Part shown: in pieces, positions 56,466 through 64,000 of the stretch
Layout: each line of letters begins with the position of its first letter
How positions within the stretch are numbered: position 1 is the first letter of the stretch
NCBI GenBank assembly: GCA_050250895.1
Contig: JBFWNU010000001.1
Span: 712,008 to 776,007, forward strand
Origin: Vulcanimicrobiota bacterium
GTDB taxonomy: Bacteria; Vulcanimicrobiota; Xenobia; Xenobiales; JADMJV01
DNA length: 64,000 nucleotides
Reading direction: 5' to 3'
Translations under genes and position numbers: made by a program
The notes under the pieces: generated by a model
The model's database searches: none
The model's input: the letters and a program-made list of their open reading frames with translations, nothing else
Told to the model about the DNA's origin: nothing

Positions 56466-58874
56466 GTGAAGTCTATCCCAGGCCTGAGAGGTCAAAAGCG
56501 CGGCAGCGTCTTACTGCTCGCGCTTTTCTTCCTCTTCGCCCTCTTCTTGATGGCGGTAGCGTTCTTCCGATTGCTGCCGACCGAGCTGCACTCCGCCGCA
56601 CGCTCGAGTCGCGAAACCAAGGCCCACTATGCGGCCGACGCCGGAGCCCGCGATGCGGTCGGCTGGCTCAAGACCAAACCCGTGGCCGTCCCCAATGCCG
56701 ACATCGATGCCTACAACACGCTCCACTCCGATCCGGCCAACGGCCCGATCGACGGCTATTGGAGCTACACTTGCCAAATCGAAAGCATCGACCCCACCCG
56801 TGGCATTTATGGCATCCTGGCCACCGCGATGTATAACGGACGTCCTGCCCGCGAGTTGCGCGCCGTCGTCCAAAACCAATCTTTTGCCAAATACGCACTG
56901 TGGTGGGACGACCAGGACACCAGCGAACTCGGTATCGTCTTCGCCATGAGTTCTGACGGTATCCAGGGCCCCGTCCACACCAACAGCTACTTCCGGCTGG
57001 CCGCTGGCAGCAGCAGCTTCTGGAGCGACGGCGGCAACTCTTGGGTCACCGGCGTGAAGGACTCCGCCGGCAACCCCCTCGAGCCGGCCAAGATGACTTA
57101 CGCCACGGCCTACGAAGCCGACGACCCTGACAATGCGCTGGGTATGGCTCCCGACGGAGTCCAATACTACGGCGGCAACTATGCCGGCAGCAACGTCGAC
57201 CTGACTCCCTACGACAGCTCTGGACTCCCCATCGCCGACCGCTACGAACGCATCGTCGAGGGCGGCCGCGAGCGCATCAGCCAGGTCACACCCATCGAAA
57301 TGCCCGAAGAGAACACCGAACTGCGCGTCAACGCCTGGGATCAGGTCGGTGGCGACACCAGCGATATGCCCGGTAGCAACGGCCTCTATATCAATACCGA
57401 CGGCAACCCCAACGAAGCTGGCGGCGATGTGGCCGGCGGCATCTACATCCGTGGCGACGCCGACGTGACCCTAGGCATCACCTCGGGCAACGGAGACCAC
57501 CAGAAAATCACCGCCCGCCAGGGCAATACCACCGTGCCCGGTCCCGACAGCACCGTTTGGCGCGCCGACATCCCCTACGCCAAACAGTGGTATCAACCCC
57601 CGGACTACCAGGAACCCACCTGGGAATGCACCTCGACCAAGACCGTCAACGGCGACCCCATCTACGGCCCCTGGTATGACTGCTCCTACACCAAAACCGG
57701 TCGTTATCCCGAGTGCGGCACCGAAATCATCTACATCCCCGGTGAGGGCGGCGCCCTGACCCCCGTCCAACAATACAAGATCTGCACCGTCAACGTTCCT
57801 AAGAACTGCCACGACGTGATCGGCTACGAACAGGTCCAGCAGTGTGTCTGGGAAGTCACCGGGAGTCACACCGTCCACCCTGACGGCTACTGGGTCGACG
57901 TGCCCCTAGATACGCCTGGCGCTACCATCGGCTTCCACAAGAACCAGGTCGTAGCCGAAGACTATACTCCCCCGCCCGGATACGAGAGCTACACCGCCAC
58001 TCCCACCGTCACTACCAGCACCATCACCATCGAAGACAACCAGTCAGCCATTGAAGTCAACGGTTCTGCTTACCAGATTCCCATCGACTCGGATGGCGTG
58101 ATGGTCAACGGCGAGTTGATCACCGATCCGGCTGACTCGCGCCTGACCGTTGCCGACGGCAGCACCGTCTACATCGACCACGACAGCACCAAGAACGGCG
58201 TCTACTACGGCGAGTTCACCGTGATGAACGGCCGCACCAACGGTATCGTCTTCTCCGACGGCAACATCAAGAAACTCCAGGGCACCAACAAAGGCGCCTA
58301 CTACACCGACACGGCGGGTAACGAAGGCTATCACGGCCGCACTATCGCCGCCAATCTAGGCGCCAACAAGCGAGTCGAGATCTACGGCGACATCCTGCAA
58401 TACTACAATGGCAGCGACCTCAACGCCTCGGGCCAGCCGCTCAACGACGGCAACAACCGCCTGAAGCCGGGCAACCTCTCTCCGAACCCCGAGCACATCC
58501 TCGGCCTCATCGGCTACGACATCGTCATCAACCCCAACAAAAACCAACATTCCAGCTGGTATTCCGGCAACCGCGCCATCGACGTCTACGCCGTGCTGAT
58601 GGCCGGCAAGATGGTCGGGGGAGATGCGAAGGGCGGCTTCTACACCAACGGCGACCACCTCAAAAACGACGACCACCTGGGCGAGTTCAACCTCTTCGGA
58701 GGCTTGATTACCGCCAACCTGCTGCCGGTGCAGAAAGCCTATGCGGGCTCGAGCTACGCCAACGGTTTCAAGCAGGAGTTCAACTACGACTGGATGGCTG
58801 CCCAGAACCTGCAGAACTTCCCGTCGACCAATACCTTCTCGGTTCTGCGTTACGTCCAGACTCACGTGGAATAA
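56466..58874 (+). CDS. Large PilX-like minor pilin / putative pilus tip adhesin, paralog 2
   Basis: Near-identical protein to 53893-56304 over the full length, with many synonymous differences. Confidence 0.82.
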   Translation: MKSIPGLRGQKRGSVLLLALFFLFALFLMAVAFFRLLPTELHSAARSSRETKAHYAADAGARDAVGWLKTKPVAVPNADIDAYNTLHSDPANGPIDGYWSYTCQIESIDPTRGIYGILATAMYNGRPARELRAVVQNQSFAKYALWWDDQDTSELGIVFAMSSDGIQGPVHTNSYFRLAAGSSSFWSDGGNSWVTGVKDSAGNPLEPAKMTYATAYEADDPDNALGMAPDGVQYYGGNYAGSNVDLTPYDSSGLPIADRYERIVEGGRERISQVTPIEMPEENTELRVNAWDQVGGDTSDMPGSNGLYINTDGNPNEAGGDVAGGIYIRGDADVTLGITSGNGDHQKITARQGNTTVPGPDSTVWRADIPYAKQWYQPPDYQEPTWECTSTKTVNGDPIYGPWYDCSYTKTGRYPECGTEIIYIPGEGGALTPVQQYKICTVNVPKNCHDVIGYEQVQQCVWEVTGSHTVHPDGYWVDVPLDTPGATIGFHKNQVVAEDYTPPPGYESYTATPTVTTSTITIEDNQSAIEVNGSAYQIPIDSDGVMVNGELITDPADSRLTVADGSTVYIDHDSTKNGVYYGEFTVMNGRTNGIVFSDGNIKKLQGTNKGAYYTDTAGNEGYHGRTIAANLGANKRVEIYGDILQYYNGSDLNASGQPLNDGNNRLKPGNLSPNPEHILGLIGYDIVINPNKNQHSSWYSGNRAIDVYAVLMAGKMVGGDAKGGFYTNGDHLKNDDHLGEFNLFGGLITANLLPVQKAYAGSSYANGFKQEFNYDWMAAQNLQNFPSTNTFSVLRYVQTHVE

Positions 58875-58907
58875 ACACAAACCGAAGAAGAGTCTCTGAC
58901 ACTATTT

Positions 58908-58933
58908 GAGACCCCCGACCGGGGGTCTCTTTT
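58908..58933 (+). terminator. Intrinsic terminator
   Basis: GAGACCCCC-GACC-GGGGGTCTCTTTT. Confidence 0.88.
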
Positions 58934-59017
58934 CAATTCAAAGGCACTAAACCCCTATTTCATAGGCATCCTTGTCACCTGGCGAAAATTTTAGCGAGCC
59001 GCCCCCAGGCGGCGGCA

Positions 59018-59087
59018 TCCTCCTGGAGTATGACGCTGGAAATTTTCGCCGCGACTACACTCAGAGCGTCAGAGACTAAGAGGAGGT
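59018..59087 (+). promoter_or_regulatory. Conserved promoter region of PilX-like paralog 3
   Basis: TCCTCCTGGAGTATGA, 22 nt, TACACT, 6 nt, GTCAGAGACT, then AGGAGGT. Confidence 0.6.
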
Positions 59088-59093
59088 AAAAGG

Positions 59094-61511
59094 ATGACAA
59101 CCCATCCGGGCAGAGGAGATAGAAGGCGAGGCAGCGTGTTACTGCTGGCTTTATTCTTTCTCTTTGCGTTATTTTTGATGGCCGTGGCCTTTTTCAGGCT
59201 GCTGCCCACCGAGCTTCACTCGGCCGCTCGCTCGAGCACCAATGCCAAAGCTCACTACGCTTGTGACGCTGGCGCCCGCGACGCCGTGGCCTGGCTCAAG
59301 ACCAAGCCCACGGCCGTGCCCAACGCCGAAGTCGCGGCCTATAACGGCCTTCACTCCGACCCGGCCAACGGCAACATCGACGGCCGCTGGGCCTACACCT
59401 GCGCGGTCGAGACCGTCGACCCCAATCGCGGTATCTACAATATCCTCTCGACGGCCATCTACAACGGCCGTCCCATCCGCGAACTGCGCTGCACCGTGCA
59501 GAACCAATCTTTCGCCAAGTATGCCCTATGGTGGGATGACCAGGACACCACCCAGCTGGGTATCGTCTTTTCAATGGGCTCGAACGGTATTCAGGGCCCC
59601 GTCCACACGAACAGCTATTTCCGTCTGGCCGCCGGCACCACCGGCTTCTGGAACGACGGCAAGGCTCCCTGGATCACCGGCATCAAAGACGCTGCCGGCG
59701 TCCCCCTCGAGCCGGCCAAAATGACCTACGCCACGGCCTATAGCGCCACCGACGCCGACAACCCCACCGGGATGGCTCCCGATGGCATCCAATACTACGG
59801 CGGCAACTACGCCGGCAGCAGCGCCGGCCTGGTGCCCTACGACAGTACCACCGGCGCCCCCATCAGCTCTCGCTACGAGCGGATGATCGAAGGCGGCCGC
59901 GAGCGCATCAGCCAGGTCACCGAAATCAAGATGCCCGAAGAGAACTCGGCGCTGCGCGCCAACGCCTGGGACGCAGTCAATGGCGACCTGACCGATATGC
60001 CCAGTACTTCCGGTCTCTACATCAACACCAACGGCACCGGCGCAAATCTAGCCAACGCCGACGTGCAGGGCGGCGTCTACATCAAAGGCGACGCGGAGGT
60101 CACCCTCAGCGTCACCAGCGGCAACGGCGACCACCAGAAGATCACTGCCAAACAGAACCAGACGACCGTTCCCGGTCCGAGCAGCACCGTCTGGACTGCC
60201 AAGGTTCCCTACGCTAAACAGTGGTATCAACCCCCGTCCTACCAGGAGCCTCAGTACAGCTGCACCGCTTACAAGACCGTGAACGGCAACCCTATCTACG
60301 GTCCCTATTATGACTGCTCGACCACCAAAACCGGTCGCTACCCTGAGTGCGGCACCGAAATCGTCTTCATCCCCGGTGAAGGCGGCGCTCTCACCCCGGT
60401 TCAACAGTATAAGATCTGCACCGTCCCGGTGCCCAAACAGTGCCGCGACATCATCGGCTACCAACAAGTTCAACAGTGCACCAACTGGGCTGTGAGCGGT
60501 TACACCACCGTCAACCCGGCGGGATACTGGGTCGACGTTCCTCTCGGCACCTCGGGCGCGACCGTCTATTTCAAGACGGAAACCGTCGACTCCACTTACG
60601 TTCCGCCGGTAGGCTACGAACAATACCCCGCCACCTCCAAGACGACCACCAGCACCATCTCCATCGATAACAACATGTCCGTAGTCGAGGTCAACCAGGC
60701 CGACTACCACATTCCTTTCAAAACCGGCGGCGTGATGGTCAACGGAACCCTCGTCACCGACCCTAACGACCCGATTCTGACCGTGTCCGACGGACACACC
60801 GTCTACATCAACAAAGACGCCAGCGCCAGCGGCGTCTACTACGGCGAATTCACCGTGATGAACGGGCGCACGAACGGCATCGTCTTCTCGGACAACAACA
60901 TCCTCAAGCTCCAGGGCACCAATAAGGGCGCCTACTACACCGACCTCGCCGGTAATGAGGGTTATCACGGCCGGACCATCGCGGTCAACATCGGCACCGA
61001 CAAGAAGATCGACATCTTCAACGACATCCTTCAATATTACAACGGCAGCGACCTCAACGCCGCCAATCAACCCCTCAACGACGGCAGTAACCGCCTCACT
61101 CCCGGCAACCTGTCGCCCAACCCTGACCACATCCTTGGCCTCATTGCCAAAGACATCTACATCAACCCCGACAAGAACCAGAAGGCCAACTACTACTCTG
61201 GTAACCGAGCCATCGATGTCTACGCTGTGCTGATGGCTGGCAAGATGGTCAACAACACGGCGGTGGGCGGATTCCAGAGCCACCTCGACCATATGCAAAG
61301 CAATGACAAGCTTGGCGACTTCAACCTCTACGGCGGCCTGATCACCGCCAACCTGCTCCCGGTACAGAAGGCCTACACCGGCGGCACTACCGCTAACGGC
61401 TTCCGCCAGGAGTTCAACTACGACTGGATCGCCGCTCAGAACTTGCAGAACTTCCCTAACACGCAGAACTTCACCGTGCTGCGCTACGTAGAGAACTACA
61501 TCGAAGGTTAG
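59094..61511 (+). CDS. Large PilX-like minor pilin / putative pilus tip adhesin, paralog 3 (more diverged)
   Basis: Same signal (RRRG|SVLLLALFFL), colinear with paralogs 1-2, same six Cys. Confidence 0.82.
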   Translation: MTTHPGRGDRRRGSVLLLALFFLFALFLMAVAFFRLLPTELHSAARSSTNAKAHYACDAGARDAVAWLKTKPTAVPNAEVAAYNGLHSDPANGNIDGRWAYTCAVETVDPNRGIYNILSTAIYNGRPIRELRCTVQNQSFAKYALWWDDQDTTQLGIVFSMGSNGIQGPVHTNSYFRLAAGTTGFWNDGKAPWITGIKDAAGVPLEPAKMTYATAYSATDADNPTGMAPDGIQYYGGNYAGSSAGLVPYDSTTGAPISSRYERMIEGGRERISQVTEIKMPEENSALRANAWDAVNGDLTDMPSTSGLYINTNGTGANLANADVQGGVYIKGDAEVTLSVTSGNGDHQKITAKQNQTTVPGPSSTVWTAKVPYAKQWYQPPSYQEPQYSCTAYKTVNGNPIYGPYYDCSTTKTGRYPECGTEIVFIPGEGGALTPVQQYKICTVPVPKQCRDIIGYQQVQQCTNWAVSGYTTVNPAGYWVDVPLGTSGATVYFKTETVDSTYVPPVGYEQYPATSKTTTSTISIDNNMSVVEVNQADYHIPFKTGGVMVNGTLVTDPNDPILTVSDGHTVYINKDASASGVYYGEFTVMNGRTNGIVFSDNNILKLQGTNKGAYYTDLAGNEGYHGRTIAVNIGTDKKIDIFNDILQYYNGSDLNAANQPLNDGSNRLTPGNLSPNPDHILGLIAKDIYINPDKNQKANYYSGNRAIDVYAVLMAGKMVNNTAVGGFQSHLDHMQSNDKLGDFNLYGGLITANLLPVQKAYTGGTTANGFRQEFNYDWIAAQNLQNFPNTQNFTVLRYVENYIEG

Positions 61512-61529
61512 GTCTATCGGTTCTGAATG

Positions 61530-61557
61530 GGCCCCCGAAAGGGGGCCTTTTTCTTTT
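61530..61557 (+). terminator. Intrinsic terminator
   Basis: GGCCCCC-GAAA-GGGGGCCTTTTTCTTTT. Confidence 0.9.
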
Positions 61558-61573
61558 CCCGAAGGCCCCGCAG

Positions 61574-61783
61574 GTGGACGAACTGGTCGAGATACCGTAT
61601 CAAGAGCTCTCCCCTGAAGCCTTGCGAGGCATCCTCGAGGAATACGCCACCCGGGGCGGATTCGAGTCAGACATCGACTCGATCGACCACCGCATCGAGC
61701 AGCTGCTGGCCCGCCTGCGCAAAGGCCAGCTCAAGATCGTCTTCGACCCCGCCAGCGGAGCCACCAATCTGACCCGATGTTAA
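61574..61783 (+). CDS. yheU: YheU family (UPF0270) protein
   Basis: IPYQELSPEALRGILEEYATR.G...L.KG...IVFD pattern; 69 aa. Confidence 0.78.
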   Translation: MDELVEIPYQELSPEALRGILEEYATRGGFESDIDSIDHRIEQLLARLRKGQLKIVFDPASGATNLTRC

Positions 61784-63555
61784 AGGCGGCCCTGGTTGAG
61801 CTAGCTCAAGTAGAAGACGTGCTCGAAGCGGGTGGCACCAGCCAGCAAGCCATCGATCGTCTCCTGGCCGGGCTGGCCAGGCTCTATCCCGAAGCCAATC
61901 CTCGCCTGGACCCCGCCCAGGGCAGGCCCCTGCGGCGGGGCAACCAGTTGCTCACCCACCTCAGGGTGGATGGCGAAGTCCACGCCGAAGTCCTGGCCCT
62001 ATTTGCCCGCACGGCCGCGGCCCTGGTCGAGCGGTTGCAGCGTGAGGCCCGCAAAGAAGACGAACTGGCCAGGCTGTCTCGCTCGGGAGCCCTGATCTCG
62101 TCGCGCATGGGAGTCGAGCCCACCCTGCAGGCCATTCTCGAGATGGCTCTCGAAGTGACCCGAGCCCGCTACGGCATCTTCCGTCTGCTCAACGAAACCG
62201 GCGATCTGCTGGTCACCGCCGCCGTGGCCGGGGACCAGCTCAATCGCCCGCTGGTCGAGGCCCTGCCGCTCGAGGCCGACCACATCACCGGCTGGGTGGT
62301 GCGCAACCGCCGCTCGGTGTGCATCGACGACCTCCACCAGGAGCCGTGGTCCAAGCTGTATTTTCCCCTCGACCAGCTACTCGAGATGCGCTCGGAGTTG
62401 GCCGCCCCCTTGCTGGGCACCAGCGGCCGTATGGAAGGGGTGCTCAATCTCGAGAGCCCCGAGCCGGGCGCCTTTCAGCGGGGCGACCAGCTTTTGCTCG
62501 AAGCCTTCGCCAGCCAGGCCGTCATCGCCATTCAGCAGGCCCGCTTGCTGGATGCCTTGCAAGAAGTGGCCGAGCGCCTCTTGACCTGGCCCAGTGCCAG
62601 AGTGCTGCAGCGCCTGCTCGAGCTGGCCCTGCGTCTGCTCAACGCCCGCGGGGTGACCATCGAGCACCGTGATGGCCGACTCGAGGCCGGTCAGGCCAAA
62701 GGCCCGCGCCGCTCGGTAGAGATGACCGACGGCACCGGTCGCTTCACCGCCTATCTCGACAACCCGAGCGAGTGGGAGCACAAAGTCCTGGCGGTGCTGG
62801 CCCATCACGCCGGCCTGGCCCTCAAGAACCAGCACCGGCTCGAAGAGTTACGCGCCACGCAACAGCGCCAGGCAGTGGCCGAGACCTTCGCGGCCGTGGG
62901 CGACCTGGCCGCCAATCTGTTGCATCAGCTCAATAACAAGGTAGGCGTCATTCCGGTGCGGGTCGAGGGTATCCTCGACAAGTGCTCGCAACTGGTCGAC
63001 GAGACGCCTTATCTCAACCGCAATCTTCGCGAGATCGAGGCCAGCGCCCAGACCGCTCTCGAGATCGTGCGCGAGAACCTGGGGATTTTGCGGGCTCGAC
63101 CCACCGGACCGGTGAAGCTGGCCGCCTGTGTCGAACGGGCTCGGGCCGAACTGGGCAAACTTCCGCCGCTGCAGGTCGAACTCGAGGTACCCGAGGTGAT
63201 GGGTGATTTTCGCAGCATCACCCTGGTGTTTCTCAACCTGCTCGAGAACGCGGCCAAGGCCCTGGGCTCGAAGGGCTCGATCAGCGTGCGGGGCCGGTTG
63301 GAACAGGACCGGGTGCGAGTGGATGTCAGCGATGACGGCCCGGGAATCGCGCCCTCGCTTCACGAAGCGATTTTCGAGCTCTCGCCCGACCGTTCGCGAC
63401 CGCACAACCTGGGTTTTGGCCTATGGTGGGTGAGAACCCTCATGGAACGCCTGGGTGGCTCGATTGCGGTCGAATCCGACGGGCGCCACGGCACCACATT
63501 CATTCTGGAGTTTCGATGCCTTGAACAGCCGGCGAGCACTGCTGATAGAGGATGA
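61777..63555 (+). CDS. Cytoplasmic GAF-domain sensor histidine kinase
   Basis: GAF (ITGWV...RSELAAPL...GVLNLES...AF), LLHQLNN H-box, NLLENA, DDGPGI, GFGLW, GTTF. Confidence 0.88.
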   Translation: MLKAALVELAQVEDVLEAGGTSQQAIDRLLAGLARLYPEANPRLDPAQGRPLRRGNQLLTHLRVDGEVHAEVLALFARTAAALVERLQREARKEDELARLSRSGALISSRMGVEPTLQAILEMALEVTRARYGIFRLLNETGDLLVTAAVAGDQLNRPLVEALPLEADHITGWVVRNRRSVCIDDLHQEPWSKLYFPLDQLLEMRSELAAPLLGTSGRMEGVLNLESPEPGAFQRGDQLLLEAFASQAVIAIQQARLLDALQEVAERLLTWPSARVLQRLLELALRLLNARGVTIEHRDGRLEAGQAKGPRRSVEMTDGTGRFTAYLDNPSEWEHKVLAVLAHHAGLALKNQHRLEELRATQQRQAVAETFAAVGDLAANLLHQLNNKVGVIPVRVEGILDKCSQLVDETPYLNRNLREIEASAQTALEIVRENLGILRARPTGPVKLAACVERARAELGKLPPLQVELEVPEVMGDFRSITLVFLNLLENAAKALGSKGSISVRGRLEQDRVRVDVSDDGPGIAPSLHEAIFELSPDRSRPHNLGFGLWWVRTLMERLGGSIAVESDGRHGTTFILEFRCLEQPASTADRG

Positions 63556-64000
63556 CCCTTCCTGGCGCGAGATCCTGCGCGAACTGCTGGAGGACTGCGG
63601 CTTCGAGGTCGACCAGACCGATAAGCTCGAGGAGGCCACCGAACTGATTCGGGGCACCCCCCACCGGCTGGCCATCGTGGACCTGTCGTTGGGCGGGCCG
63701 GACCACCGCAATCAAGAGGGGCTGGCTGTGCTCGAGGCGATCCAGCGCTCGGACCCCACCTGTCAGGCCATCTTGTTGACCGGCTTTGCCACCGTCGAAC
63801 TGGCCGTGCAGGTCATCACCGAGAAAAAGGCCGTGACTTGCCTGCGCAAAGAAAGCTTCTCGCGAGCCGAGTTCCGCGAGTTGATCTCGCAACAAACCGC
63901 CTCGGCTCCGCGCTTGGCCGCGCCTTCGGCCCCACCCCGGACGGGCCGGCTGGGTGAGGCGCTGGTGGTTGAAGATGACGCCGGCTGGCGAGCTTTGCTG
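63521..64000 (+). CDS. Response regulator with at least two receiver domains (3'-truncated; missing from ORF track)
   Basis: Manual translation from TTG 63521: RALLIEDD...LAIVDLSL...ILLTG...LRK, then a second ALVVEDDAGW. The frame is open to the window end. Confidence 0.85.
   Translation, partial: MNSRRALLIEDDPSWREILRELLEDCGFEVDQTDKLEEATELIRGTPHRLAIVDLSLGGPDHRNQEGLAVLEAIQRSDPTCQAILLTGFATVELAVQVITEKKAVTCLRKESFSRAEFRELISQQTASAPRLAAPSAPPRTGRLGEALVVEDDAGWRALL

Noticed and set aside
53893-61511. Diversity-generating retroelement acting on the paralogs
   Set aside because: No reverse transcriptase is present. Differences are spread over whole genes, mostly at third positions, and are not adenine-specific.
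1-64000. Taxonomic assignment (style suggests Ca. Eremiobacterota/Vulcanimicrobiota)
   Set aside because: Impression only; needs a HisS/PilB phylogeny or marker-gene search.

Overview
High-GC, gene-dense bacterial chromosomal window with about 45 CDS. No rRNA, tRNA, CRISPR array, transposase or integrase was recognised. The organism is diderm (it has a TpsB outer-membrane barrel and lipoproteins). The window is dominated by type IV filament biology spread over three loci. (1) A minus-strand cluster encodes a giant TPR protein, two Roadblock/MglB-type proteins, PilC and a TM-TPR-ankyrin protein. (2) A PilB-type ATPase operon carries a degenerate alpha/beta-hydrolase, three small pilin-like genes and PilC, running into an ECF sigma factor, an anti-sigma factor and a Ser/Thr kinase. 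(3) PilV-like and PilW-like genes are followed by three tandem ~800-aa PilX-like paralogs with a six-Cys insert. Each paralog has its own conserved promoter, its own terminator and alternating-orientation GTCAGA sites at the boundaries. Between these loci are signalling genes (YfiR plus hybrid kinase, GGDEF-EAL, two adenylate cyclases, GAF kinase plus response regulator), hisS, a cluster of hydrolases lacking signal peptides (including an apparently catalytically dead clostripain), and a 182-183 bp tandem hairpin array rich in GCGAAGC minihairpins. Two units of that array carry a 26-nt near-copy of the neighbouring gene. All calls are by eye from motifs; no database searches were run.
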